The notes: generated by a model from the letters alone, not told the origin. A DNA stretch of 64,000 bases from Actinomycetota bacterium (GCA_004348925.1 RCMX01000006.1:666919-730918), one strand, 5' to 3'. Shown: positions 26,446 to 36,939, counted from the first letter of the stretch. Made by a program: numbers and translations.

Positions 26446-28674
26446 TTGGGGGAGATGGTGGAAGCTATCGTGGGCTTGGTCGGAGCTGCCGGTGCGGTGA
26501 TCTTCGGGCTGTTCGTACTGTTTTGGCTGGCCTGGATCCTTCTCGGCGTTCGAATCATCAGATCGGACCGTGTGGGCATCGTCGAGAAGTGGTGGTCGCC
26601 CAAGGGTTCGCTCAAAGACAACATCATCGCGCTCAAGGGTGAGGCCGGGTATCAGCCGGAAGTCCTACGTGGTGGCATCCACTTCCGCACGCCGCTCATG
26701 TATCGCGTGCATGTCATGCCCCTCATCACCATCCCGCAGGGCAAGATCGGCTATGTGTTCTCGCGCGACGGTGAGCCGCTCGAGCCCGAGCAGACGCTGG
26801 CGCGCCTGGTCGACTGCAACTACTACCAGGACGTTCGGTCGTTCTTCGCCAACGGCGGACAGCGGGGACCGCAGCGCGCGATCCTGCGTGAAGGCACGTA
26901 TGCGTTCAACCTCGCGCAGTTCGTCGTGATAACCGAGAGCCGCACGTTCTTCCTGCCGATGGGAAGCAAGGAGGAGGAGATGACCATCTCATCGATGGCC
27001 ACCTACCTCCACAGCCTCGGCGGCTTCGATCCGGTCATCATCCGCGGTGCGGATGACCGCACCGGTATCGTCACCATCCACGACGGTCCCTCGCTGCCGA
27101 TGGGCGACATCATCGCCCCCGCCGTTGGCGACAAGTCCGACGATCCGAACTACCACAACAACTTCCAGAATCCCGAGAAGTTCCTGGCCGCGGGCGGCTA
27201 TCGCGGGCGCCAGTACCAGGTGCTGACCGAAGGCACGTACTTCATCAACCGCCTCTTCGGTACGGTTGAAGTCATTCCGAAGGTCACGGTCCCGGTAGGC
27301 TTCGCGGGCGTTGTCGTCAGCTACATCGGCCCCAAGGGCACCGACACCTCGGGAGAGGAGTACCGCCACGGCGAGCTCGTCGCTCCCGGGAATCGTGGCG
27401 TCTGGAACGAGGCGCTCCTGCCGGGCAAGTACGCCTTCAACACCTATGCCGGTGCGATCGTCATGGTCCCGACGACCAACATCATCCTCAAGTGGGTGCG
27501 CGGCGAAAGCGGCGAGCACCACTACGACGAGAATCTGGCCGAGGTCAACCTCATCACCAAGGACGCGTTCGAGCCGCTCTTGCCGCTCTCGGTGGTCATC
27601 CACATCGACTACAAGAAGGCGCCGCTCGTCATCCAGCGCTTCGGCGACATCAAGATGCTCGTCAACCAGACGCTCGACCCGATGGTCTCGGCGTACTTCA
27701 AGAACATCGGTCAGACGAAGACGATCATCGAGCTCATCCAGCAGCGCTCCGAGATCCAGAAGACCTCCTCGGTGGAGATGCAGGAGAAGTTCGGGCACTA
27801 CAACCTGGAGCTCGAGGAGGTCCTCATCGGCACACCGCACTCGATGCCTGGTGACGACAAGATCGAGACGATCCTCATGCAGCTCCGAGACCGGCAGATC
27901 GCGTACGAGAAGCTCGAGACTTTCGAGAAGCAGCGCATCGCCTCCGACAAAGAGCGCGAGCTCAAAGAGGCGCAGTCGGTGGCCGAGCAGCAGACGGCGC
28001 TCACGCAGTCGCAGATCAACATCCAGGTGCAGGAGAACCAGGCCCGCGCCGATCTGCAGCGCGCCGTCCAGGACGCCGAGCGTGTGCGTACGCTTGCGAA
28101 GGCCGACGCCGATCGGGTGAAGACGCTCGCGTCCGGTGACGCCGAGAAGGTCAAGCTCATGGCCGAGGCAGACGCAAAGAAGGTCGAGATGATGGCCGAG
28201 GCGGACGCCACGCGCGTGAAGAAGATCGGCGAGGCCGACGCTCTCCGCGTCAAGCTGATCGCTCAGGCCGATGCCGAGAAGGAAGCGAAGGTCGGCGTCG
28301 GCAAGGCCATCGCCATCGACGAGCAGGTCAAGGCGTACGGCGGCCCGCAGCTGCAGCTGATGCAGGACGTCATGACGAAGCTCGCAACCGCGATCGAGAC
28401 CTCGAAGGTGCCGATCGTCCCGAGCACGGTCGTGAACATGGGTGGTGGCGAGGGAAGCGGCGACGCCTCGAACATGAACGCGTTCGGGCTGCTCATGTCG
28501 CTCATGGCCACCGACAAGCTCGGCGACTTCACGGCGGCCGCGGAGCGCCTCGCCGACCCGGCACAGGCCGAGATGGTCGCGAGCATCAAGCAGCAGCTGC
28601 GCGACCAGGCAGCGGCGGCGGCCGAGAGCGACAAACCGGCCCCGAAGAAGCCTGTTCCCGACGCCGAGGTGTAG
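26446..28674 (+). CDS. flotillin-family SPFH/band-7 protein with long C-terminal coiled-coil repeat region
   Basis: N-terminal TM segment. SPFH domain. C-terminal repeats (A)DAxRVKxxAxADAEK. Confidence 0.7.
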   Translation: MGEMVEAIVGLVGAAGAVIFGLFVLFWLAWILLGVRIIRSDRVGIVEKWWSPKGSLKDNIIALKGEAGYQPEVLRGGIHFRTPLMYRVHVMPLITIPQGKIGYVFSRDGEPLEPEQTLARLVDCNYYQDVRSFFANGGQRGPQRAILREGTYAFNLAQFVVITESRTFFLPMGSKEEEMTISSMATYLHSLGGFDPVIIRGADDRTGIVTIHDGPSLPMGDIIAPAVGDKSDDPNYHNNFQNPEKFLAAGGYRGRQYQVLTEGTYFINRLFGTVEVIPKVTVPVGFAGVVVSYIGPKGTDTSGEEYRHGELVAPGNRGVWNEALLPGKYAFNTYAGAIVMVPTTNIILKWVRGESGEHHYDENLAEVNLITKDAFEPLLPLSVVIHIDYKKAPLVIQRFGDIKMLVNQTLDPMVSAYFKNIGQTKTIIELIQQRSEIQKTSSVEMQEKFGHYNLELEEVLIGTPHSMPGDDKIETILMQLRDRQIAYEKLETFEKQRIASDKERELKEAQSVAEQQTALTQSQINIQVQENQARADLQRAVQDAERVRTLAKADADRVKTLASGDAEKVKLMAEADAKKVEMMAEADATRVKKIGEADALRVKLIAQADAEKEAKVGVGKAIAIDEQVKAYGGPQLQLMQDVMTKLATAIETSKVPIVPSTVVNMGGGEGSGDASNMNAFGLLMSLMATDKLGDFTAAAERLADPAQAEMVASIKQQLRDQAAAAAESDKPAPKKPVPDAEV

Positions 28675-28697
28675 CGCCGCGTACTCAATGCATCGCG

Positions 28698-28730
28698 AGA
28701 GGCCCCGCTTCGGCGGGGCCTCTTCGCTTC
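28698..28730 (+). terminator. intrinsic terminator after the flotillin gene
   Basis: GAGGCCCCGC-TTCG-GCGGGGCCTC hairpin followed by TTCGCTTCG. Confidence 0.6.
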
Positions 28731-28920
28731 GCGGACTGCGATCGGGTCCCGCTGCGGTATGATAGGCGCCACGCTGACCCGGGCCGGCATACCCGACGGC
28801 GCCACGTGTGGGCCGTTCGTCGCCGGAAGGCAGGGAACGGCGCCCACGCGTCGAAGCAAGGGGTGAGCTTCCGCTCAACGAGCCCTGCAACGTCTGAACC
28901 GCCCCGTGTGGAGGACCTGA

Positions 28921-30258
28921 ATGCTTTCGGAACGCACCATTACCGCCGCACTGCGGCTTCTCAACAAGAGCTACCTGTATACCGAACCAGTCGACATGCC
29001 GCGCCTTCCGGGGCCGCGCGACGGACACGGCTACACGCTGTATGCGCACGTCCCGTTCTGTGAGCGGCTCTGCCCGTACTGCTCGTTCAACCGGTTCCTG
29101 TACCACGAGGACCGCGCGCGCACTTACTTCGGGCATTTGCGCGCCGAGATGCGCATGGTCGCGGAGCTCGGTTACGACTTCGCCTCGCTCTACATCGGCG
29201 GCGGCACCCCGACGATCCTCATCGATGAGCTCTGCGAGACGATCGACCTTGCTCGCTCGCTGTTCCCGGGAATCGGCGAAGTGTCCGCCGAGACCAGCCC
29301 GAACCACCTCACCGAGACGACCATCATGGCGCTCAAACATCGCGTCCAGCGGCTCTCGGTGGGTGTCCAGTCATTCGATGACATGCTGCTTCAGCAGATG
29401 GCGCGCTACGACAAGTACGGCTGCGGCCAGGAGGTCTTTGAGACGGTTAGGGCGGCGGCCGGCGAGTTCCACTCGCTCAATGTCGACATGATCTTCAACT
29501 TCCCGAGCCAGACGCGGGAAATGCTCGAGCACGATATCCAGCTCGTGCGTGCGACTGGCGCCAACCAGACGACGTTCTACCCGCTGATGGCATCACCGAA
29601 GATGCGGGGTGAGCTGGCGCGCACAATCGGGCAGATCGACTATCCGCGTGAGGTCGAGTTCTACCGAGCAATCTGCGACGGGCTTGCACCCGAGTTCGAG
29701 AACTCCTCGGCGTGGACGTTCTCTCAGGAGAAGGGTTCCATGATCGATGAGTACATCGTCGATCACGAAGAGTACCTCGGGATCGGTTCGGGGGCGCTCT
29801 CGTTCCTCGACGGGCGCATCTATCACAACACGTTCTCGCTGCACGACTACGAGAAGCGAATCACACAGGACCGCATGTCCGTGGCGAAGGCGGGCCGACC
29901 GTATAGCCGCATCGCCCGCATGCGCTATCGCTTCGTGACCGACCTGTTCGGTCTGCGGCTCGACAAGGATCGGTTCCGCAGGGACTTCGGCGTTTCGATC
30001 GAGCTCGGCCTGCCCGCCGAGATGGCGTTCATGCACCTGGCTGGCGGGATCGCGGACGACGACGGCCATACCCTAACGCTCACCGACAAGGGCCGTTACC
30101 TGCTGCTCGTCATGATGCGCGAGACGCTTGCCTCCTCGAATGACATCCGCGATCACGAGCGCACGCTTCTTCCGGCCGACGAGAAGATGCTACTGTTCGA
30201 TAACCAGCATCCGTGCGAGATCGTAGCGACTGCCGAGGAGTGCCTCGCGGCCAGCTAG
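28921..30258 (+). CDS. radical SAM HemN/HemW-like protein (oxygen-independent coproporphyrinogen oxidase-like / heme chaperone)
   Basis: CxxxCxxC (CERLCPYC) radical-SAM cluster and a HemN-type fold. Confidence 0.75.
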   Translation: MLSERTITAALRLLNKSYLYTEPVDMPRLPGPRDGHGYTLYAHVPFCERLCPYCSFNRFLYHEDRARTYFGHLRAEMRMVAELGYDFASLYIGGGTPTILIDELCETIDLARSLFPGIGEVSAETSPNHLTETTIMALKHRVQRLSVGVQSFDDMLLQQMARYDKYGCGQEVFETVRAAAGEFHSLNVDMIFNFPSQTREMLEHDIQLVRATGANQTTFYPLMASPKMRGELARTIGQIDYPREVEFYRAICDGLAPEFENSSAWTFSQEKGSMIDEYIVDHEEYLGIGSGALSFLDGRIYHNTFSLHDYEKRITQDRMSVAKAGRPYSRIARMRYRFVTDLFGLRLDKDRFRRDFGVSIELGLPAEMAFMHLAGGIADDDGHTLTLTDKGRYLLLVMMRETLASSNDIRDHERTLLPADEKMLLFDNQHPCEIVATAEECLAAS

Positions 30259-30301
30259 GATTGCTGGCGCCGGGTCGGTACTCGGAGCAAGACGAGGAGC
30301 G

Positions 30302-31201
30302 ATGAGCGAGAGCACTGCATCTTCAGCGACCGCTGCCATGGCGCGGGCCTCCACGCTTGCGAACTACGTGGCGCTCACAAAGCCCAAGCAGACTGCGCTG
30401 CTGTTGGCGACGGCCATCGGCGCATACGTGCTCACGGCATCGCCAGAACTTGACTGGACGCGGGGAGCGATCGGCATCCTCGCCCTCGGGCTCGCGGTAT
30501 CGGGCTGCACCGTTCTCAACATGGTCCTGGACCGCGACATCGACGCGATGATGGGCCGGACCGCCACCCGCCCGCTGCCCGGCGGTGACATCGATGTCCG
30601 CACCGCCACGCTTGTCGGGATGGTCCTCTCGGTGGCGGGAGTCGTCATCGCCGCCTTCTTCTCGCTGACCTTCTGGGTGATCGTTGGCAGCGGCCTCTTC
30701 TTCGACCTCATCGTCTACACGATGTGGCTCAAGCGCCGTACGCCGCTCTCGATCCTCTTCGGCGGTGTTTCGGGCGGCATGCCTGCGCTTGCGGGGCGGG
30801 CGCTGGCGCTCGGTCACATCGATGTTGTCGGCATCCTGCTCGCAGCCGGCGTGGTGCTATGGATTCCGTCGCACATCCTCACGCTGGCGCTTCGCTACGA
30901 GGCGGACTACGCCGAGGCCGACGTCCCGGTCTGGCCGAGGATCTACGGCGCGGACGCGACGCGACGCGTGATAGCAGTCGCCACGCTGCTGGCCGCGATC
31001 GTGCTGATGGCGGCCGGGGTGCTGGAGCGGGTCGCGCCGCCGGCGTTGGTGCTCCTCGGTGTCCTGGGAGCGGCCATCTGCGGGCTTGCGGCCTACGGGC
31101 TCGTGCGCCCCTCCGAGCGGACGAACTGGCTGCTGTTCAAGGGTGCCTCGGCGTACATGCTCGGCGCGTTCGTATGCCTCACGTTCGGCGCCATTCTGTA
31201 G
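30302..31201 (+). CDS. ctaB: protoheme IX farnesyltransferase (heme O synthase), UbiA family
   Basis: UbiA-type polytopic protein with a conserved D-rich loop (NMVLDRDIDAMM). Confidence 0.8.
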   Translation: MSESTASSATAAMARASTLANYVALTKPKQTALLLATAIGAYVLTASPELDWTRGAIGILALGLAVSGCTVLNMVLDRDIDAMMGRTATRPLPGGDIDVRTATLVGMVLSVAGVVIAAFFSLTFWVIVGSGLFFDLIVYTMWLKRRTPLSILFGGVSGGMPALAGRALALGHIDVVGILLAAGVVLWIPSHILTLALRYEADYAEADVPVWPRIYGADATRRVIAVATLLAAIVLMAAGVLERVAPPALVLLGVLGAAICGLAAYGLVRPSERTNWLLFKGASAYMLGAFVCLTFGAIL

Positions 31202-31283
31202 CGACCGCTCGCGGCCGCGCGCGTCGCTCGGGGTTCGGCGTATCATTGCGGTGTGAGTGAGGGGCTCGCGAGAGGACGCGCAG

Positions 31284-31652
31284 ATGCCAGAAGTGAATGA
31301 ACCGCTCGGATTCAGCGAGAGTTTCTCGACGGAGCACGCCCAGCGCATGCTGGACTTCTACGCCAAGACGCTCACCGCGCTTGGTTACACAGCCGAGGCG
31401 TACCCGGAGCTTGAGGAGCATGTGGGCGGCAGGAGGTTCGAGACGCCGAAGTACCAGACGCTCTGCCACGCGATGTGGATGATCGATCGGACCCGGGAAT
31501 TCTTGCGCGGAGGACGGTTCGCAAAGGTGTACCGCTGGATCGGGATGATTCAGGGCATTCTCTTCATGAATGGCGTATTCAGCCTCGCGGACCTCAAGCA
31601 GCACAACCGATTCGAGATCCCCGAGTCGGTTCCGCGCCGGAACGAGCGCTAG
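31284..31652 (+). CDS. hypothetical cytoplasmic protein
   Basis: ORF with balanced composition and ATG (MPEVNEPLGF...). No recognisable family. Confidence 0.35.
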   Translation: MPEVNEPLGFSESFSTEHAQRMLDFYAKTLTALGYTAEAYPELEEHVGGRRFETPKYQTLCHAMWMIDRTREFLRGGRFAKVYRWIGMIQGILFMNGVFSLADLKQHNRFEIPESVPRRNER

Positions 31653-31981
31653 CAGCAGGGAGCACCACGTGGATGCCTTCTCGCCCATCAAAGGGAAATG
31701 CCGCTTCTGGCGCGAGCAGGCGCACATGGATGACGTCTGGGACACCTCGCTCAAGAAGGAAGACAAGCGCGTGATATGCACGTGCTTCGTCGAGGGCGAC
31801 ATGTGGCAGATGCCGGCCAAGGAGACGCCCGCCGATTGCCCGAAGCGGAACAGCTGCCGCTACTACGTACGCGCCTGAGAATGGAACAGCGGCCCCCGGG
31901 AATCCCGAGAGCCGCTGCCGGTAGCCGTTCGACGTCCTGTGTGAGCAGTGATCGTGCGCCGCTCGGCGAATCCGCAGTTTG

Positions 31982-32125
31982 TCAGGCGTATGATCCTGAG
32001 ATCTTGACCTGGTAGCCGGCGCCGTTGCAGCCAGGACAGGTGCGGTGCTTCCTGTCTCCGGTGTTCACGGTGACCGCGACCACCTTGTTGCCCTTGCAGA
32101 CCGGGCATGTCTCTTTCCTGACCAT
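31982..32125 (-). CDS. small DnaJ-type zinc-finger protein (47 aa), absent from the ORF track
   Basis: Reverse-strand ORF MVRKETCPVCKGNKVVAVTVNTGDRKHRTCPGCNGAGYQVKISGSYA. Two CxxCxGxG motifs. Strong SD AGGAGG 6 nt upstream of the ATG. Confidence 0.6.
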   Translation of the reverse strand: MVRKETCPVCKGNKVVAVTVNTGDRKHRTCPGCNGAGYQVKISGSYA

Positions 32126-32279
32126 CCCGCACCTCCTACGAACGAAGCCGAGGATAGTTAAGCAACGTGCATGCCAGATGATGGTACGTGAACGCCCGTA
32201 CGGATTTCACCGCCCGGACGTTCGGATGTCGATACGACGGAACCGCTACATCGACGGTACCATTGCCCCGGAGGTGCGC

Positions 32280-33093
32280 CGTGAACGACAGGGATAGCCA
32301 GGCGTTTCGTGAGTTGATTCTCGGCTACTACGAGGAGCATGGCCGAGACCTGCCGTGGCGCCGCACGCGGGATCCGTACGCGATCCTCGTCTCCGAGGTG
32401 ATGCTGCAGCAGACGCAGGTGCCGCGCGTGATCCCGAAGTACGAGGCGTTTCTCGGCGCATTCCCGGACGTACATGCCCTGGCCGCGGCGCCGCTCGCGG
32501 ACGTGCTCGCGCTGTGGTCGGGGCTGGGATACAACCGTCGCGCGAAAGCGCTCAAGCAGGCCGCCGAGACGATCGTGGCCGAGCACGGCGGGCGCGTGCC
32601 GGACACGGTCGAGGGCCTTGTGGCGCTTCCGGGCGTCGGCTTCGCGACAGCGGCGCAGATCCTCGCATTCGCGTTCGATGTGGCGGTGCCGTTCATCGAG
32701 ACCAACATCCGCTCGGTGTACATCCACGAGTTCTTCTGCGACGCCGAGGGGATCCCCGACAGTGCGATCCTTCCGCTGGTAGAGGCGACGCTCGACCGCG
32801 ACGATCCGCGAACCTGGTACTACGCGATCATGGACTACGGAACTGCGCTCAAGGCGACCATCCCGAACCCGTCTCGCCGAAGCGCTCATCACGCGAGACA
32901 GTCGCGGTTCGAGGGCTCGATGCGGCAGGTGCGTGGCGCGCTGCTGCGCGAGCTGACCGTGCGGCCGGGGCAGAGTGTGGACACGCTAGCGGCCGCGACA
33001 GGCTTCGAGTACGAGAGGGTCTGCTCGGCGCTGGACGTGCTTACCGCCGAAGGGTTCCTTGTGTCCGAGGACGGTCGCTACCGCATCGCTTGA
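32280..33093 (+). CDS. HhH-GPD superfamily DNA glycosylase (MutY/Nth-like, no Fe-S cysteine cluster)
   Basis: HhH motif LVALPGVGFATAAQILAFAF and catalytic-region conservation. The N-terminal extension of the track ORF (32188) looks spurious. Confidence 0.7.
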
Positions 33094-33263
33094 GCCGCGC
33101 GGTGTGTGACGGATGCACGCACCGGGCCGCCTGTCGGATTCGGGTAATCTCCCGCGCGCCAGGAGCCGATGAAACCGGTAGATCCCAACGGGCGCTCCTT
33201 ACGGGGCGCTAGCGCCGAGGGCCGTCGCCGCGGGCGCTGGAAAGAATCTGTCGACGACGGTAA

Positions 33264-33299
33264 GAACCCGCTGGATGCCCCTCCGGCGGGTTCTTCTTC
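33264..33299. terminator. bidirectional terminator between convergent glycosylase and larC genes
   Basis: 11-bp stem GAACCCGCTGG/CCGGCGGGTTC followed by TTCTTC. Confidence 0.5.
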
Positions 33300-33306
33300 G
33301 CCCGAC

Positions 33307-34491
33307 TCAATCGGTGATGCCGAGCAGCCGCCGGGCCTCGGCGGTCAACTCGGCAGCAACCTCCGCGACCGGTCTGCCCTTGGCGCTTGCAGTCCTCGCG
33401 ACGTCCTCGAACTCCGGACGCGCGCCGCGCCGGTCGCCGAGCTGCCAGCTCTTCACGCGAACGCTCCCGAGCGATGTCTTGAGCTCCACGACTTCGCGCT
33501 TCGCGATGAACCGCGTGGTGGGGTCGATGCGAACGCCAAGCGTGCCTGTCTCGGCGATGAGGCGCGCCGAGAGCGCGGCGGCTTCATCCGGCATCGTAAG
33601 CGCGCTCAGGGTCACGGCGGCCCGGCCCTTCTTCATGACGATGGGCGTCTGCCACACGTCGAGCGCGCCGGCTTCGAGCAGTCGCTCCGCCGCGTACGCG
33701 AGATGCTCTGCCGAGAGGTGATCCACGTTGCTGTGGAGCACGACGACCGCCTCGGCGCCGGGCTCCAGCGCGAGCGGGGCAGTGACGTCGCCGAGCAGGA
33801 TGCGCGTGACGTTCGGCACGCCGATGTCACGGGTGCCTGCGCCCGTGCCGCACGCACGCACGGTCATGGGCGGGAGCGCGCCGTACTCGCTGACGAAAGC
33901 GCGCAGGAGCGCGGCGCCCGTGGGCGTGGTGAGCTCGCCGGCGATACCGCCGTCGCAGATCACGATACCCTCGAGCAACGCGGCGGTCGCGGGGGCGGGC
34001 ACCGGCAGTACGCCGTGCGAGCACTCGATCGTGCCGCTGCCGACGGCGACCGGTGAGGCCACGAGGCGCTCGATACCAAGCGCCTGGATGCCGGCCGCGA
34101 CTCCCACGATGTCGACGATCGTGTCGGCCGCACCGACCTCATGGAAGTGCACCTGCTCCACGGGCACGCCGTGCACCCGTGCTTCCGCCTCGGCGAGAAG
34201 GGTGAAGGCGCGGATCGCATCGGCGCGAACCGGCTCCGCAAGGCCCTCGGCGCTCTCCAGCATCGCGCGGATGTCGCGCCAGTGACGCCAGCGGGCGTCC
34301 TCGGCCTGCGCGACTTCGACGCCGACGGCCGCGATGCCCGCCGAGCGGACCTCGTGCACGGCGACCGCATCGGCCAGCCCGAGCGGCGCGAGCGTCGCGC
34401 GCAATTCCTCGATGGTGAACCCGGCATTGATGAGCGCTCCGAGGAACTTATTCCCGGAGACGCCGGTGGAGCAGTCGAGGTACGCGATCAT
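33307..34491 (-). CDS. larC: nickel-pincer cofactor biosynthesis nickel insertase LarC (DUF111)
   Basis: N-terminus MIAYLDCSTGVSGNKFLGALI. Start moved to the internal ATG so that it overlaps the larB stop (ATGA). Confidence 0.8.
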   Translation of the reverse strand: MIAYLDCSTGVSGNKFLGALINAGFTIEELRATLAPLGLADAVAVHEVRSAGIAAVGVEVAQAEDARWRHWRDIRAMLESAEGLAEPVRADAIRAFTLLAEAEARVHGVPVEQVHFHEVGAADTIVDIVGVAAGIQALGIERLVASPVAVGSGTIECSHGVLPVPAPATAALLEGIVICDGGIAGELTTPTGAALLRAFVSEYGALPPMTVRACGTGAGTRDIGVPNVTRILLGDVTAPLALEPGAEAVVVLHSNVDHLSAEHLAYAAERLLEAGALDVWQTPIVMKKGRAAVTLSALTMPDEAAALSARLIAETGTLGVRIDPTTRFIAKREVVELKTSLGSVRVKSWQLGDRRGARPEFEDVARTASAKGRPVAEVAAELTAEARRLLGITD

Positions 34492-35252
34492 CGGGCCTCG
34501 TCTGCGGCGGCGTGATTGATGCGGCTTGCGAGAGCAGCGGCCCCGAAGCCGTTGTCGATGTTCACCACGCCCACGCCTGAGGCGCACGAGTTCAGCATCG
34601 TGAGCAGCGCTGCCAGGCCGCCGAAGCTTGCGCCGTAGCCGATCGATGTCGGCACCGCCACCACCGGGCAGGCGACGAGTCCGGCTACCAGGGACGGCAG
34701 CGCACCCTCCATGCCAGCGACGGCGATGATCACGTTCGCGTCACGCAGCACCTCCTGGTGCGCAAGCAGCCGATGGATGCCGGCGACGCCCACGTCGTAC
34801 AGACGCGTCACGCGGTTGCCCATGACCTCCGCGGAGATCGCGGCCTCCTCGGCGACCGGATGATCCGCCGTGCCGCCCGAGGCGACCACGATGTGACCGT
34901 CGCTTGGGCGCGGGTCGCGTCGGTCGACCACGATGAGGCGGGCTTCCTCGAAGTAGCGGGCGTCGAGCGCCACCTGACCCACCGACTGGAAGTGCGAGGC
35001 GTTCGCTCGCGTGCCAAGGAAGACGGCACCGTGCTCAAGCAGTTCGCGAGCGATCGAACGCACCTGCGACGGCGACTTGCCTTCACAGAACACGACCTCG
35101 GGGAAGCCACAGCGAAGCTCGCGGTGGTGATCGACTTTGGCGTGCCCAAGATCGGTGAACGGCAGCGTGCCGAGACGCGAGAGCGCCTCCTCGGCGGATG
35201 TGTCGCCGCTAGCGACGGCGTCAAGAAGAGCGCGAAGCGTGTCCGAGTCCAT
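34488..35252 (-). CDS. larB: nickel-pincer cofactor biosynthesis carboxylase/hydrolase LarB (PurE-like)
   Basis: PurE-fold C-terminal half and the LarB-type N-terminal region. Confidence 0.75.
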   Translation of the reverse strand: MDSDTLRALLDAVASGDTSAEEALSRLGTLPFTDLGHAKVDHHRELRCGFPEVVFCEGKSPSQVRSIARELLEHGAVFLGTRANASHFQSVGQVALDARYFEEARLIVVDRRDPRPSDGHIVVASGGTADHPVAEEAAISAEVMGNRVTRLYDVGVAGIHRLLAHQEVLRDANVIIAVAGMEGALPSLVAGLVACPVVAVPTSIGYGASFGGLAALLTMLNSCASGVGVVNIDNGFGAAALASRINHAAADEAR

Positions 35253-35343
35253 GAAAGCTCCTGAAGCGAGTTGCCGATAGTGGAGTTTGAGGCCGCTTGG
35301 TAGACCACCCTAGAGGTTATACTCTTTCCCAAGGTCAGCCGCC

Positions 35344-36939
35344 ATGAGGAGACAGCGCGTGACGGACGGGGTGCGCAGGAAGCTCGATATCGACGGTGAG
35401 ACGTATCTCGTCGCCAGGATAGCGAGCGCGCTTTTCGTTATCGGCGTCTACATCATCTGGCTGCACCCGGTGCTTGCTTCCGGGGATGATACCGCGTACT
35501 TCTGGGGTGCAGCGCTCTGGGTGTTGGCGACCGTGCTGTCGGTCGCGCTCCGTTTCATCCGCAATGGCATGGGAGCCAAGCAGGCTCTTCTCGTGACGCT
35601 TCCGTTCGATCTCGTCGCGCTTGCGCTGCTCGCCAGCGCCACCTGGCAGTACGAGGATCCCTACTACGCGTTTTACGTGGGCATCGCCGCAGTCTACGCG
35701 ACGGTGTTCAAGCGCACGCGCGCATGGGTGTACGCGGGGCTGTTCGTCGTCTCGTACCTGGCGGCACACGGAACGATGTCGCACTGGATGCTCGAGCCAG
35801 GGTCGTACATGCTCATAGTGATGAAGGGCGCCACGATCCTGCTGCTCGGCTGGTCCGTCAGTCTCGTTATGGAGCAGCAGGTCGATCGGCAATCCATGCT
35901 TGAGGGGCGCAGCAGGGAGATCGCCGACCTCAACCGGCAGCTCGAGCGCAGCGTGGCCGAACTGCAGGCCATCTCCGAGATCTCCGAGATCATCCACTCC
36001 ACGCTCGACTTCGACAGCGTCGGGCCCGTCGTCATCGACATCCTGCAAAAGGTCATCGACATCCCCGCAGCGTGCATCTTCGTAATCGACAAGGCCAAAC
36101 AGCAGACACTCTTCAGCGCCAGCAAGGGCCTTCGAGGCGAGGGCGCGTACTCGTATAGCGGGCCCGGTCTGATCGCCGAGGCGAGCCTCGATCAGGACGA
36201 GCATTTCTCGTGCATGGAGCTTCTCGACCACAACGAGATGCTCGTGGTCTTCTGTGCCGACGCCCGGCACATCGACGCGCTGGAGCCCGATGACCGCATG
36301 GTCCTCTCGGCGGTCGCGTCCGAGCTGGTCGTGGCGGTGGAGAACTCGCGGCTGTACAAGCTGACGAAGCGACTCTCGATCACCGACGAGCTCACCGACC
36401 TCTACAACTACCGCTACCTGCAGCAGCGGCTCGATGACGAGATCGGCCGGGCGAAACGCTACGGCAAGACGCTATCGTTCCTGATGCTCGACATGGACGA
36501 CTTCAAGGCTATCAACGACACGCACGGGCATCTCGTGGGCGACGCGGTGTTGGCCGAGCTCGGACAGGTCATGAAGACCACCGTGCGCGAGGTCGACGTC
36601 GTTGCCCGCTACGGCGGTGAAGAATTCTCGGTGTTGCTTCCTGAGACAGACGCGGCCGGCGCATTCATCGTGGCCGAGAAGATCCGCGAAGCGGTGGCCC
36701 TTCACAAATTCAGGGACGAAGATGGCGAGCGCAGCGTGCGCGCAACGGTCAGCATCGGCCTCGCGAACTTCCCGGTGCATGCCGAGGACAAAGAATCGCT
36801 CCTGCGTGCGGCGGACGATGCCGTCTATCAGGCGAAGACGATGGGGAAGGACCGCGTTCGTGCCCCGCATATCCGGATGACCCGGCTCGGGCGTCCCACC
36901 GCCGTGCCCGATCCGCCCGAAGGAGAGTTGGAGTCATGA
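35344..36939 (+). CDS. membrane GAF-GGDEF diguanylate cyclase
   Basis: N-terminal multi-TM region. GAF-like middle. GGDEF active site RYGGEEF with an upstream RxxD-like I-site. Confidence 0.85.
   Translation: MRRQRVTDGVRRKLDIDGETYLVARIASALFVIGVYIIWLHPVLASGDDTAYFWGAALWVLATVLSVALRFIRNGMGAKQALLVTLPFDLVALALLASATWQYEDPYYAFYVGIAAVYATVFKRTRAWVYAGLFVVSYLAAHGTMSHWMLEPGSYMLIVMKGATILLLGWSVSLVMEQQVDRQSMLEGRSREIADLNRQLERSVAELQAISEISEIIHSTLDFDSVGPVVIDILQKVIDIPAACIFVIDKAKQQTLFSASKGLRGEGAYSYSGPGLIAEASLDQDEHFSCMELLDHNEMLVVFCADARHIDALEPDDRMVLSAVASELVVAVENSRLYKLTKRLSITDELTDLYNYRYLQQRLDDEIGRAKRYGKTLSFLMLDMDDFKAINDTHGHLVGDAVLAELGQVMKTTVREVDVVARYGGEEFSVLLPETDAAGAFIVAEKIREAVALHKFRDEDGERSVRATVSIGLANFPVHAEDKESLLRAADDAVYQAKTMGKDRVRAPHIRMTRLGRPTAVPDPPEGELES

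Noticed and set aside
32188-32279. N-terminal extension of the HhH-GPD glycosylase ORF (start at 32188)
   Set aside because: The extension overlaps the small zinc-finger gene's upstream region and has no RBS. A GTG at 32280 (VNDRDSQ...) gives a normal-length protein.
33169-34056. 295-aa plus-strand ORF
   Set aside because: Antisense to larC, Arg-rich, no homology.
35335-36270. 311-aa minus-strand ORF
   Set aside because: Antisense to the GGDEF gene. Composition typical of GC-frame artefact.
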